Part shown: in pieces, positions 49,533 to 59,793 of the stretch
Layout of the letters: the number at the start of each line of letters is the position of its first letter
Numbering within the stretch: position 1 is the first letter of the stretch
NCBI GenBank assembly: GCA_963729895.1
Contig: CAVSQB010000018.1
Location: 64,001-128,000, forward strand
DNA length: 64,000 nucleotides
Source: an uncultured Fibrobacterota bacterium
GTDB taxonomy: Bacteria; Fibrobacterota; Chitinivibrionia; Chitinivibrionales; FEN-1185
Direction of reading: 5' to 3'
Notes under the pieces: generated by a model
What the model was told of the DNA's origin: nothing
The model's database searches: none
The model's input: only the letters and a program-made list of their open reading frames with translations
Translations under genes and position numbers: made by a program

Positions 49533-51149
49533 TCAAGCTCTTCTTAGCACCTTTATCGCAAACTTCCGTATGTCGATCACCTTTGCAAGATGCAATACGC
49601 CTGCCGTTGCCGCAAAAGCAGGGATGCCGGCGCCTGCGGCAATACACGCATGTTGGACAAAAGAATGGTCGCCCACCCAGGGAACCAGCAGGAGTTTGAT
49701 GCCGAGAGAGACCGATGCGCCCGCTGCAGCAACGATTGCCACTTTGCGGAAAAGCAAAAGCGTCGCGTAGAAATCCGAACGAAAGGAGTGACGGTTTTCC
49801 CACGTCCAGTAGAGAATGAAGAACTGGACGGTCATTGCGGCGGATGACGCCAGCGCTATGCCCATGGCGCCAAGCAGCCGGCTTAACAGGAGGTAACAGG
49901 GAACGCTCGCCAGGGCGACGCAGGTGCTTGTCACCATGGGAAAGATCATCTTTTGCTCGGCGTAGAAGCTGCGCATCACGATGGTGCTTGCGGCAAAGGG
50001 AAATGCGCCGATGAGATATACGGCAAGCACGGGCGCAGTGGCCGCGGTTGATGCCGCGTCGAAACGGCCGTGTTGGTATAAAACGGCGATAATCTGCGAG
50101 GAGAGCGGGATCAGCACGCCGACGCAGGGAATAAGAAAGGCCGCGATTCTCCTGGTTATGCCGTTAAGCAGGCCGTTCATCTCGCCGTATCGCTTCTCCG
50201 CGGCAAGCCTCGACAGGAACGGATACGACGCGACGCCCGCGGCCTGGCCGAACACGCCCACGAAGATCATCATTGTCCGAAGCGAATAGTTGATACTTGC
50301 GAGCGCCCCTTTCTGCAGAAACGAGCCGAAGTAACGAAAGAAGAGCTCGTTCGAAAACGTCATGCCGAGGCCGAGGATGAGCGGCAGCGTAAGCAACACG
50401 TACCGTTTGAGGTCCGGGTCTTTCCAGTCGAGCGCCGGCCTGAAACGCATTCCCACCGCAAACGCGCCGGGAAGCTGCACGAGAACGTTTCCGACAAACG
50501 CGCCGATGAGAACACCCCAGGCGAAGCCTTCGACCCCGAGACCGAAGAACCGGTGGCAGATCATTCCCATGGCTATGATCCCGAGGTTGTAACAGAGCGG
50601 CAGCAGGGCAGGAAGGAAGAACCGGTTGTTCGCGTATTGAACCGCCATGAGAAACGCGCCCCAGTAAAACAGCAATTGTGCGGGCATGATGATCCTGGTG
50701 AGCCGTATCGTGAGCCCGGCGGGCGCTCCGTGGCCCAGCAGCCCCACTATCCTGTCTGTAAACACGATGCTTGCAAGTATCAACACGCCCAGCACCGCCG
50801 TGCCTATTGTCAGGAGGTTTGAAAAGACCCGCCACGATTTCTCGCGTTCGCCGCTCACGAGATACTTCTGAAAGATGGGAATAAAGGTGATCGAAAGAAA
50901 GCCGCCGGCAAGCAGGTGGTTAAGCAATTCCGGGATGAGGAACGCGGCCACGTAGGCGTTCATATCGCTCGTTGTGCCGAAGTACCCTGCCAGAACCTGT
51001 TCGCGTACAAGTCCCATGACTCTGCTCACAAGCACCGAAGCCATCATGATGACCGATGCAATGGCAATGGAGCGTTTGAGGTCGGGAGGTCTGGCAGGAT
51101 AAGCAACAGTAGGCATTCGATGGTTACCGCGCGAAAAAACAAGGCTCAT
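49533..51149 (-). CDS. murJ: Lipid II flippase MurJ
   Basis: SRVMGLVRE, AFLIPE, GGFLSITFIP, many TM helices. Confidence 0.9.
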   Translation of the reverse strand: MSLVFSRGNHRMPTVAYPARPPDLKRSIAIASVIMMASVLVSRVMGLVREQVLAGYFGTTSDMNAYVAAFLIPELLNHLLAGGFLSITFIPIFQKYLVSGEREKSWRVFSNLLTIGTAVLGVLILASIVFTDRIVGLLGHGAPAGLTIRLTRIIMPAQLLFYWGAFLMAVQYANNRFFLPALLPLCYNLGIIAMGMICHRFFGLGVEGFAWGVLIGAFVGNVLVQLPGAFAVGMRFRPALDWKDPDLKRYVLLTLPLILGLGMTFSNELFFRYFGSFLQKGALASINYSLRTMMIFVGVFGQAAGVASYPFLSRLAAEKRYGEMNGLLNGITRRIAAFLIPCVGVLIPLSSQIIAVLYQHGRFDAASTAATAPVLAVYLIGAFPFAASTIVMRSFYAEQKMIFPMVTSTCVALASVPCYLLLSRLLGAMGIALASSAAMTVQFFILYWTWENRHSFRSDFYATLLLFRKVAIVAAAGASVSLGIKLLLVPWVGDHSFVQHACIAAGAGIPAFAATAGVLHLAKVIDIRKFAIKVLRRA

Positions 51150-51198
51150 GCAGATGCCATGAGCCTCAGGATTGCGTAAGGGTTATTTCCCGTGTAAA

Positions 51199-51486
51199 CT
51201 ATTTTCTCTTTTTCTTGCCTTTTGGGGCACCGCCGAGGATACGGTAGGTCTGGGAAACGGAAAGGCCGAACTTTTTGGCAAGCGACATTCCCGTATTTCC
51301 GGTTTTGTATGCCTTCAAGATTTTCGAGTTGCGCTCGTCGTTCTTTGCGATAACCGACTCGATACCGTACTTGTTCCGAAGCTGATGGACTGCTTGACGG
51401 GTTATGCCGAACCGCTCGCCGATAGCCTCGTCGGTCTTGAATTTTTTCTGCAGTGCAATGAGTTCCGTTTTGCTGATTTTCGCCAT
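51199..51486 (-). CDS. Small basic double-HTH DNA-binding protein (paralog 2)
   Basis: Shares LIALQKK, TRQA.HQLRNKYGI and LSVSQTYRI with 47948-48232; GAGGAG RBS. Confidence 0.8.
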   Translation of the reverse strand: MAKISKTELIALQKKFKTDEAIGERFGITRQAVHQLRNKYGIESVIAKNDERNSKILKAYKTGNTGMSLAKKFGLSVSQTYRILGGAPKGKKKRK

Positions 51487-51665
51487 ACCGTGAATGCTCC
51501 TCTCATAATGGAAGTTCACTGCATATAATATAAAAAGACGGCTGCCATTATGCAACTGTTTTTTGTTGCAATGTGTAAACCTCGCAGGAATGCAAGTTGC
51601 ATCCGCGCGCATCGGAGAGGTAGTTTCTAGTTGCACCACCACCCGCCGCGGAGAATGCGCAGCTC

Positions 51666-53114
51666 ATGCACGAAGAAATGATTGCCTATATACGGGATCA
51701 CGCACCGGTTTCCTCGATCGACCTTGCAACGGGATTCCTCAAGTTCAAAAATCCCGACGAGAAGATTGCCCATGCCGCAATTCTGGGAATCCTTTCCAAA
51801 GACGCGCGATGCTGTTTCGGCAATGACAATTTGTGGCGGCCCGTGGCCCGGACCGTGCAGACGTCCGCGTCGCCCAGGCTCGCCGATATTGCCTGGGCAG
51901 CCGTGTACTTGCTTGTCCTTCCGGAAAATCTCTTCAGGCCGGTGCATGTTTCGGTGTGGACCGTTTCCGAACTTCCGGAACTGCTGTTCGAGCGGTGGCT
52001 CGTAGACCCGGACGTGCTCCCCTTTGAGGAACAGGAACTTCTTAAGAGCGTCCGAGACACATCGCCCGACCAGGAAACCATGCCGGAAAAGGCCGCGCTT
52101 CTGGTTCGCGCTTGCGAAGCGAGAACGCCGGTTTTTCTTTCGTGGAGACAACAGGCATTGTTCGCACGGTTGGCGGGCGAGGCCGGCTTCCCGCCGGCCG
52201 ATAATGCCGTGCTCGCGGGGACGCTTTTTTCCTGCTGCAAACAGCCGGCCCCGAGGCCGCTCACTCTTGACTCGTGCAATAAGGCCCTGTTCGGTGCAGT
52301 GGCGGCGGGCGGTTATGCCTACAAGCACGGCGAGTACTTTGCCCTCTGCTGCCAGGAATTGTTGGGGATGTTGTCGGAGAAAGGCGTGGTCCTTCTTTCG
52401 GAGCTCGAGGCCGCCGAGCAGGAGGAGCTTTCGGCAATTGACTTTTCGGGAAAGGCGTTTTCTCGCGAGGATATCGTAAACGCGCCGCAGGCCCCGGGCG
52501 TGTACGGGTTCAAGACAAAGAGCGGCGGCCACCTGTACATCGGCAAGGCCGTCAACCTCAGACGGCGGCTGATGAGCTACTTCCGCTCCACGGATGAATC
52601 ACCCGACAAGCTGTCTCGCATACGGGCCGAATCCCATTTCCTTGTTACCTACCGGTGCGGTTCGGAACTCGAAAGCCTGGTGTATGAATATCGCCTCATT
52701 CGGAAGCACGGGCCGATCCTCAACAGGCAGGCGGCGATAGCGGAGCGAAACGGCGCTTTCCAGCCGATTGACGACAGCGTTGTGCTTCTCCCGCATGCCG
52801 AGCCGGACAAATGCATGTCGGTCTGGTTCAGGAGGAACCAGAAAGTGAACCTGCGGCAGTTCTTTTCCGATTTTCGCGACACTGCGGCCATGGAAGCGGA
52901 GCTTGATGAGTTCTTCTTCGGCGGTGCGCTGTTGCCAAGCCCAACCGATTTCCCGGAGCAGGAAATCGCCACGCGCTGGGTAAAACAGCACAAAGATGAA
53001 TTGTGCATTGTCCCGGTGAGCAGGTCCGGATCGGGCAGGGAACTGTGGAAAATGATAATGAGTTTCTGGAAGGACTGCAAGGGACAAGTGAAATCCGGAA
53101 TTGATGAAGGATGA
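51666..53114 (+). CDS. UvrC/Cho-type GIY-YIG nuclease with a long N-terminal extension
   Basis: PQAPGVYGF...LYIGKAVNLRRRLMSYF...E...P.LN. Confidence 0.75.
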   Translation: MHEEMIAYIRDHAPVSSIDLATGFLKFKNPDEKIAHAAILGILSKDARCCFGNDNLWRPVARTVQTSASPRLADIAWAAVYLLVLPENLFRPVHVSVWTVSELPELLFERWLVDPDVLPFEEQELLKSVRDTSPDQETMPEKAALLVRACEARTPVFLSWRQQALFARLAGEAGFPPADNAVLAGTLFSCCKQPAPRPLTLDSCNKALFGAVAAGGYAYKHGEYFALCCQELLGMLSEKGVVLLSELEAAEQEELSAIDFSGKAFSREDIVNAPQAPGVYGFKTKSGGHLYIGKAVNLRRRLMSYFRSTDESPDKLSRIRAESHFLVTYRCGSELESLVYEYRLIRKHGPILNRQAAIAERNGAFQPIDDSVVLLPHAEPDKCMSVWFRRNQKVNLRQFFSDFRDTAAMEAELDEFFFGGALLPSPTDFPEQEIATRWVKQHKDELCIVPVSRSGSGRELWKMIMSFWKDCKGQVKSGIDEG

Positions 53115-53320
53115 GAAACTTCTTCATGAGCGGGGCAGTCTCTGCAGCGACTCAAAACAATCCGGATTCCTGTAAGGTTCCGCCTTCCCGGATGTTCACT
53201 GGGGTGAACATGATGTATTTAATGGCCGCACAATCACGAAAATTTCCTTATTATATTGATTGAACCGTCAGTTGAGAATAAATGTCCTAGCAATCACTAT
53301 TTAAGGGGAGGGGGAAGTCC

Positions 53321-56149
53321 ATGTCAAGGAAACTTTTGGTATGTGTGAGTTTTCTGGTGTTCGTTGCCGCTGCAGTGTGTTGGGGCGACACGTACACTGG
53401 GGAACCGAGCAACAGGGTGAAGATCAACCTGGGAGCGACACCGTGGAAATTCATCCGATCCGACCCGGCAACGGCGAGCACCGTGGCTTTCAACGATGCA
53501 TCGTATCCCAATGTGGGTATTCCGTACACTTGGGCAGACACCGAATCGTTTCTCAACATGCCGTCGGGCGGCGGTGACGGCAACATGGAGGGCGGCCCGT
53601 TCTGGTACCGGAAACATTTCACCCTAGACAACGCCTATGCAGGCCGGAAGATATTCGTGGAGTTCGAGGGCGTCCACATCGGGTGCCAGGTGTATGTCAA
53701 CGGCACGTTCATGCCGGGAAACAGCGCGGAGAACCCGCAGGCCACGCACGTGATAGGCTTTATAGGTTTCGTCCTCGAAATGACAAGCCTTGTTAATTTC
53801 GGCGGGGCAGATAATGTAATTGCCGTCCGGGTTTCCAAGAGCCAGGGATTCTACGCTGACCCGGGTTTTTCCGAAGTCTTTCGCTTTGGGCAGGCGGACG
53901 GGGGCATTTTTAGGCCGGTATGGCTTCACATCACCGATCCGGTACATGTGCCGCTCAACGTGTATTCGTGCGTTAACCAATGGGGGACCTATGTCGCGGC
54001 GCAGACCGTGGCCAATGACGGATCCTCGGCAACCGTAGACGTAAAGACAAACGTGCAGAACGAGGGCGCTGCAGCATCAAGTGTCACCCTCACCACCAAG
54101 ATTGTCGATGCAACCAATACGGTGGTATATTCCGGCGACGCCACGCAGTCGATCGGCGCAGGAACAAGCTACGTCTTTGACCAGACCGCTACAGTTGCAA
54201 ACCCAAACTTGTGGTACCCCAACAACAGTCCCTACGGGAAACCGTATATGTACAAAGTGTACCATATCCTTAAAGTCAACGGGGCCACCGTTGACGTTTT
54301 TACGGACAACTATGGGATCCACGTCCTTACATGGGACCAGAATTTCCCCTATTTTAACGGACACAAACACCTGCTGTACGGCGCCTCGGCGAGGTACGAT
54401 TATCCTGCGCTCGGAACGGCGCTCCCCCCCGAGGTTGAGTGGCGCGACGCAAAGCTGCTTGCCGACATCGGCGGCAGCCTGTGGCGGCCCGGTCATTCGT
54501 CGTGCAGCGCGGGATTTGTTGAGGCATGCGACAACGAGGGAATCATGCTCATCCAGCCGAGCGGCGATGGCGAGGGCTCGTTCAACGGAGTGGCGCCCAC
54601 CGACGCGAAAGGCATACTCAAAAGCGAGATACAGCGCGACGTAGTAATCCGGGACAGGAACCATCCGTCCATCCTTGCGTGGGAGATAGACAACGGCGGG
54701 AACTCCCTGGCATTGTCCCAGGCGCTGACGGCGCTTATCGCGCAGTGGGAACCCGTCAACCCGCATGTGACCGCCGACCGTACACCAAATCCAGCATATG
54801 GCTTCCTGCTTTCCTGCACGGTTGTCGGATGCGAAATCGGCGTTAAGAACCAGTATCCCAACAACCCGGCCTGGGGCGCGGAGTGGTGGAGCGACTACGG
54901 CAGGATGGCGAGGTTCGAGTACGATTACGAACTTGCCTTCTGCGCCGATTACATGAATACATGGGTGAACAGCAGAGCCAAGAACTGCTTCGGCATGGCG
55001 CAATGGTACATGTCCGAAACGCCGGGCGAGGATGGTGTGTCACTTCCCTTCAAAAATCTAGCCACCCCGCCGAAGGCAAGGTCGTTCGAGTGCTCAATGA
55101 TGGATTTCAACCGCATTCCCAAACTCCTGTACTACGGGTATCAGGCCTGCTGGATTCCAAACGCCACAAAGCCTGTGGTAAAGATTGGAAACCACTGGAA
55201 CAGGTCGGGCACAGTAATGGTCTATGGGTTCAGCAACTGCCCGAAGGTGCGTCTATCTGTCAACGGTACCGTGGTCAGCACGCAAACCCCCAACCCGCTA
55301 ACGGGAGTCGCGCCCAACAACGATCACTCCCAGACCACCACCCAGTTGCCATGCGAGGTCTGGTGGAATAACGTCCCCTTTGCGGCCGGTACCGTGAAGG
55401 CTGAAGGGCTTGACGGAAATGGAAACGTGGTATGTGTCGACTCGGAAGTGACGGCCGGCACTCCCGACCATATCGTGCTCACGGTTGACCCGCACGTGGT
55501 AAAACCCGACGGCGAAGTCTTCCAATTCATGGCGAACGGATCGGACGCGGCCCTTATCCTCGCCACCGTGGTCGATGCGAACGGAAACTGGTGCCCAACG
55601 GACAGCGGTTTGATAACCTGGCATGTTTCCGGACCAGGCCAATACAGGGGAGGCTCGGACCAATACGTTAACGCCGCCAAGCCGTTTTCCTGGCACGCGC
55701 CCGGCGATACCGAATTGACCATTGAAGGTGGAAAGTGCAAGGTGGCTGTGCGAACTACCTTCACAACCGGTACGGTAACGGTCAGTGCAAATTCGGCGGG
55801 ATTGGGTTCCGGAACAACGTCGTTCACGGTTGGTTCCGTCACCACGCCGGTAACCTACCGCATTCCTGCCGCCATGGCACCGCGTTCAATGGTTCCGACA
55901 CTTAAGATAGGGGTGTCCGGCTCAACGATCCGCTATTACATCAGTTCGCCGGCCGTTGTCGCCGTGGATCTCATCTCTGCAAGCGGCAAAGTAGTAATGA
56001 GGGTGCCGGCGGCAAAGCAGTCGCTGGGCTGGCATCAGATTCAAAGCGCGGCGGTTGCCGGCGCGGCAAAAGCCGCGGGAGTGTATTTTGCGAGATTTTC
56101 GCTCGACGGCGGATATCAGTGCGTAAAGCGGATCCTTGTTTCGGACTAG
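53321..56149 (+). CDS. Secreted GH2 glycoside hydrolase with T9SS-like C-terminus
   Basis: WYRKHF, VEFEGV, GGIFRPV, RDRNHPSILAW; tail GVYFARF. Confidence 0.85.
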   Translation: MSRKLLVCVSFLVFVAAAVCWGDTYTGEPSNRVKINLGATPWKFIRSDPATASTVAFNDASYPNVGIPYTWADTESFLNMPSGGGDGNMEGGPFWYRKHFTLDNAYAGRKIFVEFEGVHIGCQVYVNGTFMPGNSAENPQATHVIGFIGFVLEMTSLVNFGGADNVIAVRVSKSQGFYADPGFSEVFRFGQADGGIFRPVWLHITDPVHVPLNVYSCVNQWGTYVAAQTVANDGSSATVDVKTNVQNEGAAASSVTLTTKIVDATNTVVYSGDATQSIGAGTSYVFDQTATVANPNLWYPNNSPYGKPYMYKVYHILKVNGATVDVFTDNYGIHVLTWDQNFPYFNGHKHLLYGASARYDYPALGTALPPEVEWRDAKLLADIGGSLWRPGHSSCSAGFVEACDNEGIMLIQPSGDGEGSFNGVAPTDAKGILKSEIQRDVVIRDRNHPSILAWEIDNGGNSLALSQALTALIAQWEPVNPHVTADRTPNPAYGFLLSCTVVGCEIGVKNQYPNNPAWGAEWWSDYGRMARFEYDYELAFCADYMNTWVNSRAKNCFGMAQWYMSETPGEDGVSLPFKNLATPPKARSFECSMMDFNRIPKLLYYGYQACWIPNATKPVVKIGNHWNRSGTVMVYGFSNCPKVRLSVNGTVVSTQTPNPLTGVAPNNDHSQTTTQLPCEVWWNNVPFAAGTVKAEGLDGNGNVVCVDSEVTAGTPDHIVLTVDPHVVKPDGEVFQFMANGSDAALILATVVDANGNWCPTDSGLITWHVSGPGQYRGGSDQYVNAAKPFSWHAPGDTELTIEGGKCKVAVRTTFTTGTVTVSANSAGLGSGTTSFTVGSVTTPVTYRIPAAMAPRSMVPTLKIGVSGSTIRYYISSPAVVAVDLISASGKVVMRVPAAKQSLGWHQIQSAAVAGAAKAAGVYFARFSLDGGYQCVKRILVSD

Positions 56150-56160
56150 ACAGACGGATT

Positions 56161-56218
56161 ACGACGGCACAAAAGGAAAAAGCCCCGATCGCGGGGCCTT
56201 TTCCTTTTGTGCCGTCGT
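56161..56218. terminator. Long hairpin between convergent genes (probable bidirectional terminator)
   Basis: 27-bp stem with one mismatch and an ATCG loop. Confidence 0.75.
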
Positions 56219-56221
56219 CTT

Positions 56222-57367
56222 TTACCGCGACTTCCTCGAAAACCGCTGGCCTTTCCAGGTGAACCGTCCGAACACGCCGAGCGCCACCGCGGCCAGTACT
56301 ACCGGAAGCTGGATGAGCGAGGCCGGCGCCAGAAACTTCAAGAGCCGTTTCTCGCCGAACAGGCGCGCGCCCGGCACCATGAGGACCGCCTCGCCAAGCA
56401 CCTTGACAAGCAGCATTCCCCCGCAGGCCGCAAAGGCGTCGGGCGAAAAAAACCCCCCGCAGAAGGTCGCCGCGATCACGGCGTAAAAGAGGAACACGCT
56501 CGACAGAAGGCACACTTGCTTTGTGCTGTAATGGACCGTTTTCGATCCCCATCGTTTGCGCTGCTCGAACAGGCCCCAAAAAGTGGGGGTGGGCCGGGTG
56601 CCGACTTTCCCGTCGTTATCTGCCATGTACCGGATGCGCCATTTTCCGCTTCGCCATATCCGCTGAAGAAGCAAGTCGTCGTCGCCGGAAATCACGGCGC
56701 CGTGTACGCCGTACCCGTTTGCCTCTGCAAACGCCGTTCTTCTAAAGGCAAAATTGTTCGCGTTGGAATTGAGGGGCAGGTTTGCGCCGATGGCCGCGGC
56801 CGACACCACGCCATGCGAGAGAAAGTCGACCGCCTGAAGGCCGAAGAAGACCTGACTCATTCCGGAAACGTATTCGTACGCGGAAATGCCCTGGACCAAG
56901 CCTGTTTGCTTGTCGAGATACCGGTCGATGGTTTCCAGCCATGTGGCAAGGACCACGCAATCTGCATCTGTAAAGACAATGATCTCGTTGCGCGCCGCCG
57001 CGATTCCCCGGCCGACGGCGTGCTTCTTTGGGGACATTCCCGGCGGGGTCTTGTCCACCGTAATGACCGACACGTTGGGACAGCGCCCCGCAATTGCACC
57101 CGCAACAGTTGCGGTGGCGTCGGAGGAGCGGTCGTTGACAATGATAACTTCGTAGCGGGCCGGACTTATCGTTTGGGACAGGACCGACGTCATGCATCTT
57201 TCAATGTTTTGCTCTTCGTTGTGGGCCGCGATGACAACGGAGAAGGTGAGGTTGTTTGGAGTGCTGGGCGGTATTGAAAGGCGGCGAAGGCCCGCTAAGA
57301 GGAAGATGATGATGCAGAAGTAAACGAGGGAGAGGCTCGCCGGAATAATTACAAAGAGTAGCGTCAT
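56222..57367 (-). CDS. Membrane GT2 glycosyltransferase
   Basis: VIAAHNEE, VNDRS, FTDADC, SGDDD, QRKRW. Confidence 0.88.
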   Translation of the reverse strand: MTLLFVIIPASLSLVYFCIIIFLLAGLRRLSIPPSTPNNLTFSVVIAAHNEEQNIERCMTSVLSQTISPARYEVIIVNDRSSDATATVAGAIAGRCPNVSVITVDKTPPGMSPKKHAVGRGIAAARNEIIVFTDADCVVLATWLETIDRYLDKQTGLVQGISAYEYVSGMSQVFFGLQAVDFLSHGVVSAAAIGANLPLNSNANNFAFRRTAFAEANGYGVHGAVISGDDDLLLQRIWRSGKWRIRYMADNDGKVGTRPTPTFWGLFEQRKRWGSKTVHYSTKQVCLLSSVFLFYAVIAATFCGGFFSPDAFAACGGMLLVKVLGEAVLMVPGARLFGEKRLLKFLAPASLIQLPVVLAAVALGVFGRFTWKGQRFSRKSR

Positions 57368-57747
57368 TAGCGAATCGCTTGGCATGGCGGACTTTGCAGC
57401 GCCGGGCCAAGCATGTTCCTTTCGGTCTTTAAGATACGCTGCGGACCACGCGTACGCCATCATTTTGAGCAGTTTCCGGCGTTGCAGAAAGAATCTTCGC
57501 ACGTCTTTCGCCGGTTGGCGGCCTTGACGGCCGGCACCGGGGTAGGGGCACCGAGAATGTTGACATCAACCACCGGGCACCTTATAATCAACAGGAGGGC
57601 GGCAAGACGGGGCGGCATTTTTATGAGGATCTTTACGGACTGTGCCGGAGCCTCGCGAACACAACCCATTTCCAGCGCCGATCCGTGAGGCGTGCCGGTG
57701 GCGCAACAAGGTTAGCGCTCTGGATCGGACAAAAGGGACTAAACGGC

Positions 57748-58885
57748 ATGAAAGCAGTCCTTCTGGAAGACGTCAAGAAGCTTGCAGTGCGCAACATTCC
57801 CGATCCTGTACCCAAGGCGCGCGAGGTACTGATCCTGGTAAAGGCAGTGGGGGTGTGCGGAACGGACATCCACATCTATCAGGGTCACGGCAATTGGAAT
57901 TTCGACGTTCGTGGCCGGGCTATTCCCTTGTCTGAGAATCCTCAGATCCTTGGGCACGAATTCAGCGGCGAGGTACTGGAGACCGGGAATGGCGTGAAAG
58001 ACCTGGCGCCCGGCGATCGCGTGCTGTGCGACCAGGGAGAAAACTGCATGAGCCAGGGGCGCTTGCCTCTATGCGAATATTGCGCTTCCGGCGATTCACA
58101 CCAGTGCCTTTACTATGGCGAACACGGTGTTACCGGTCTGTCGGGAGCTTTGGCACAGTATATCTGCATGCCGGCAGTCAATTGTCTGAAGATTCCCCGC
58201 AGCATGTCCTTCGAACAGGGTGCGCTCGTGGAGCCGCTCGCGTGCATCATTCATGCCATGGATTTGGTCGAGCGCGCCCATGCCCGTTTCACATTCTCCG
58301 GCCGGCATCGCATCCGCACTGTTCTCATCGTCGGAGCCGGTCCGGCGGGATTGCTTTTTCTCCAGTACTTGCGAAACGTCAAGCGGTTCGAGGGGCGGGT
58401 TCTGGTTACGGACCTTCGCGAGACGTGTCTGAACCTGGTAGAAAAATTCGGCGGCTCGCGCCTCGCTGCCGTCCGCGGCGAGATTGCTGCGGCTGTGATG
58501 GATAGTACCGGCGGGAGACCGGGTGCATTGCCTGATTGATGCCTGTGGAAGCGCGGAGGTGCTGGTGCAGGCACCCGGCCTGCTGCACAAACAGGGAACC
58601 CTGATGATTTACGGGGCCGGCCATAAAGACAAGGACATCGGTATTCTTGGCCCGGTGTTGTTTCTGGAGCCGACGTTACTCACGTCGGTGGGCGCGTCAG
58701 GAGGGTTTGACCAGGACGGCCGTCCCACAACCTACCGCCGGGCTTCGGAGCTGATAAGCGGCGGGACAATTCAGGTTATGCCGCTCGTTACCCACCGTTA
58801 CACCTCCTTGGAGACCATACACATGGCGTTTGATGCGGATTTTAGGCACGACAACTATATAAAGGGAATGCTGAACCTGGGTTGA
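57748..58885 (+). pseudogene. Zn-dependent alcohol/sugar-alcohol dehydrogenase with a +1 frameshift near 58513-58515
   Basis: GVCGTD, LGHE, GAGPAG in one frame; ...HCLIDACG...LVTHRY in the next. Confidence 0.8.
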
Positions 58886-58905
58886 TGAAGGGATGTTTGC
58901 GGTTG

Positions 58906-59565
58906 TCAATGATGCCGGAGTGCTTCAGCATTTTTCTCGGAGACCTTTTTGTAAAGGCCATGCCGCCTGATGTACCGGGCGACGTCGGCAGGCAACAAGT
59001 ACTCGCAGGAGTAGCCGTTTTCGAGGTAGCGCCGTATCAGGGTTGAGCTGAGCGCCCATTCCGGCGAAGGGAAGGTCTTCATGACGGCCGAGCCGAGCTC
59101 CGGCGGAACATGGAGGGCGTGGCCGGGCCTGTGCGCAACGCAGAGCGTCACGAGGGCAAGGATTTCACGGTAGCGGTTCCACGTGGCAATCTCATTGAGG
59201 TTATCGGAGCCAATGATAAAATAAAGCGGCCTCGACCGGTGCCTGCCCGCTATCTCTTGAATCGTATCAATGGAGTAGGAAATACCGCCGCGCCGAATCT
59301 CCCCGTCCCACACTACCAGCGAGGAGGACCCATTCGCGGCAAGTTTGGCCATTGCGAGCCGGTGCTCGGTGCTCGTAATATCCGCATCGTACTTGTGCGG
59401 CGGCATTCCGGACGGGACAAGGTATACTTTTTCGAGCCCGAAATAGTCCCGTGCAAGGCAGGCGACCGCGCAGTGGCCGTTATGAATAGGATTAAAGATG
59501 CCGCCGAGAATTCCAAGGGCGGATTTGGGATGGTGGGACGGCGTTGCGCGACGTAACATTTTCAT
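58906..59565 (-). CDS. nadD: Nicotinate-nucleotide adenylyltransferase
   Basis: GGIFNPIHNGH, PPHK, IIGSD, LSSTLIR. Confidence 0.92.
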   Translation of the reverse strand: MKMLRRATPSHHPKSALGILGGIFNPIHNGHCAVACLARDYFGLEKVYLVPSGMPPHKYDADITSTEHRLAMAKLAANGSSSLVVWDGEIRRGGISYSIDTIQEIAGRHRSRPLYFIIGSDNLNEIATWNRYREILALVTLCVAHRPGHALHVPPELGSAVMKTFPSPEWALSSTLIRRYLENGYSCEYLLPADVARYIRRHGLYKKVSEKNAEALRHH

Positions 59566-59596
59566 TTCCTGCCACTTTGAATAAGCATTTGCGTCA

Positions 59597-59731
59597 TGCC
59601 TTCGGCAGTGGTTTTAGGGGAAACCCCCGCCTATGGCGGGAGAGCAGGACGGCTACGTAACGGCACAGATGCCGTTTCTTTTTTCGCGGCCTATTGGCCG
59701 CTTCAAAAAGCCCTCGCCCATGGCGGGGGTT
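59597..59731. repeat. Structured intergenic palindromic element
   Basis: AACCCCCGCC (59622-59631) / GGCGGGGGTT (59722-59731) enclosing several short hairpins. Confidence 0.5.
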
Positions 59732-59793
59732 GTTTACTAAGTGCCGGCTCTAACCTCGTGATACGCGCGATGTAAAGACCCATTGACACGGCG

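Noticed and set aside
58505..58540. Programmed frameshift in the Zn-dehydrogenase
   Set aside because: No slippery heptamer; an extra G in GGG is better explained as an indel or sequencing error.
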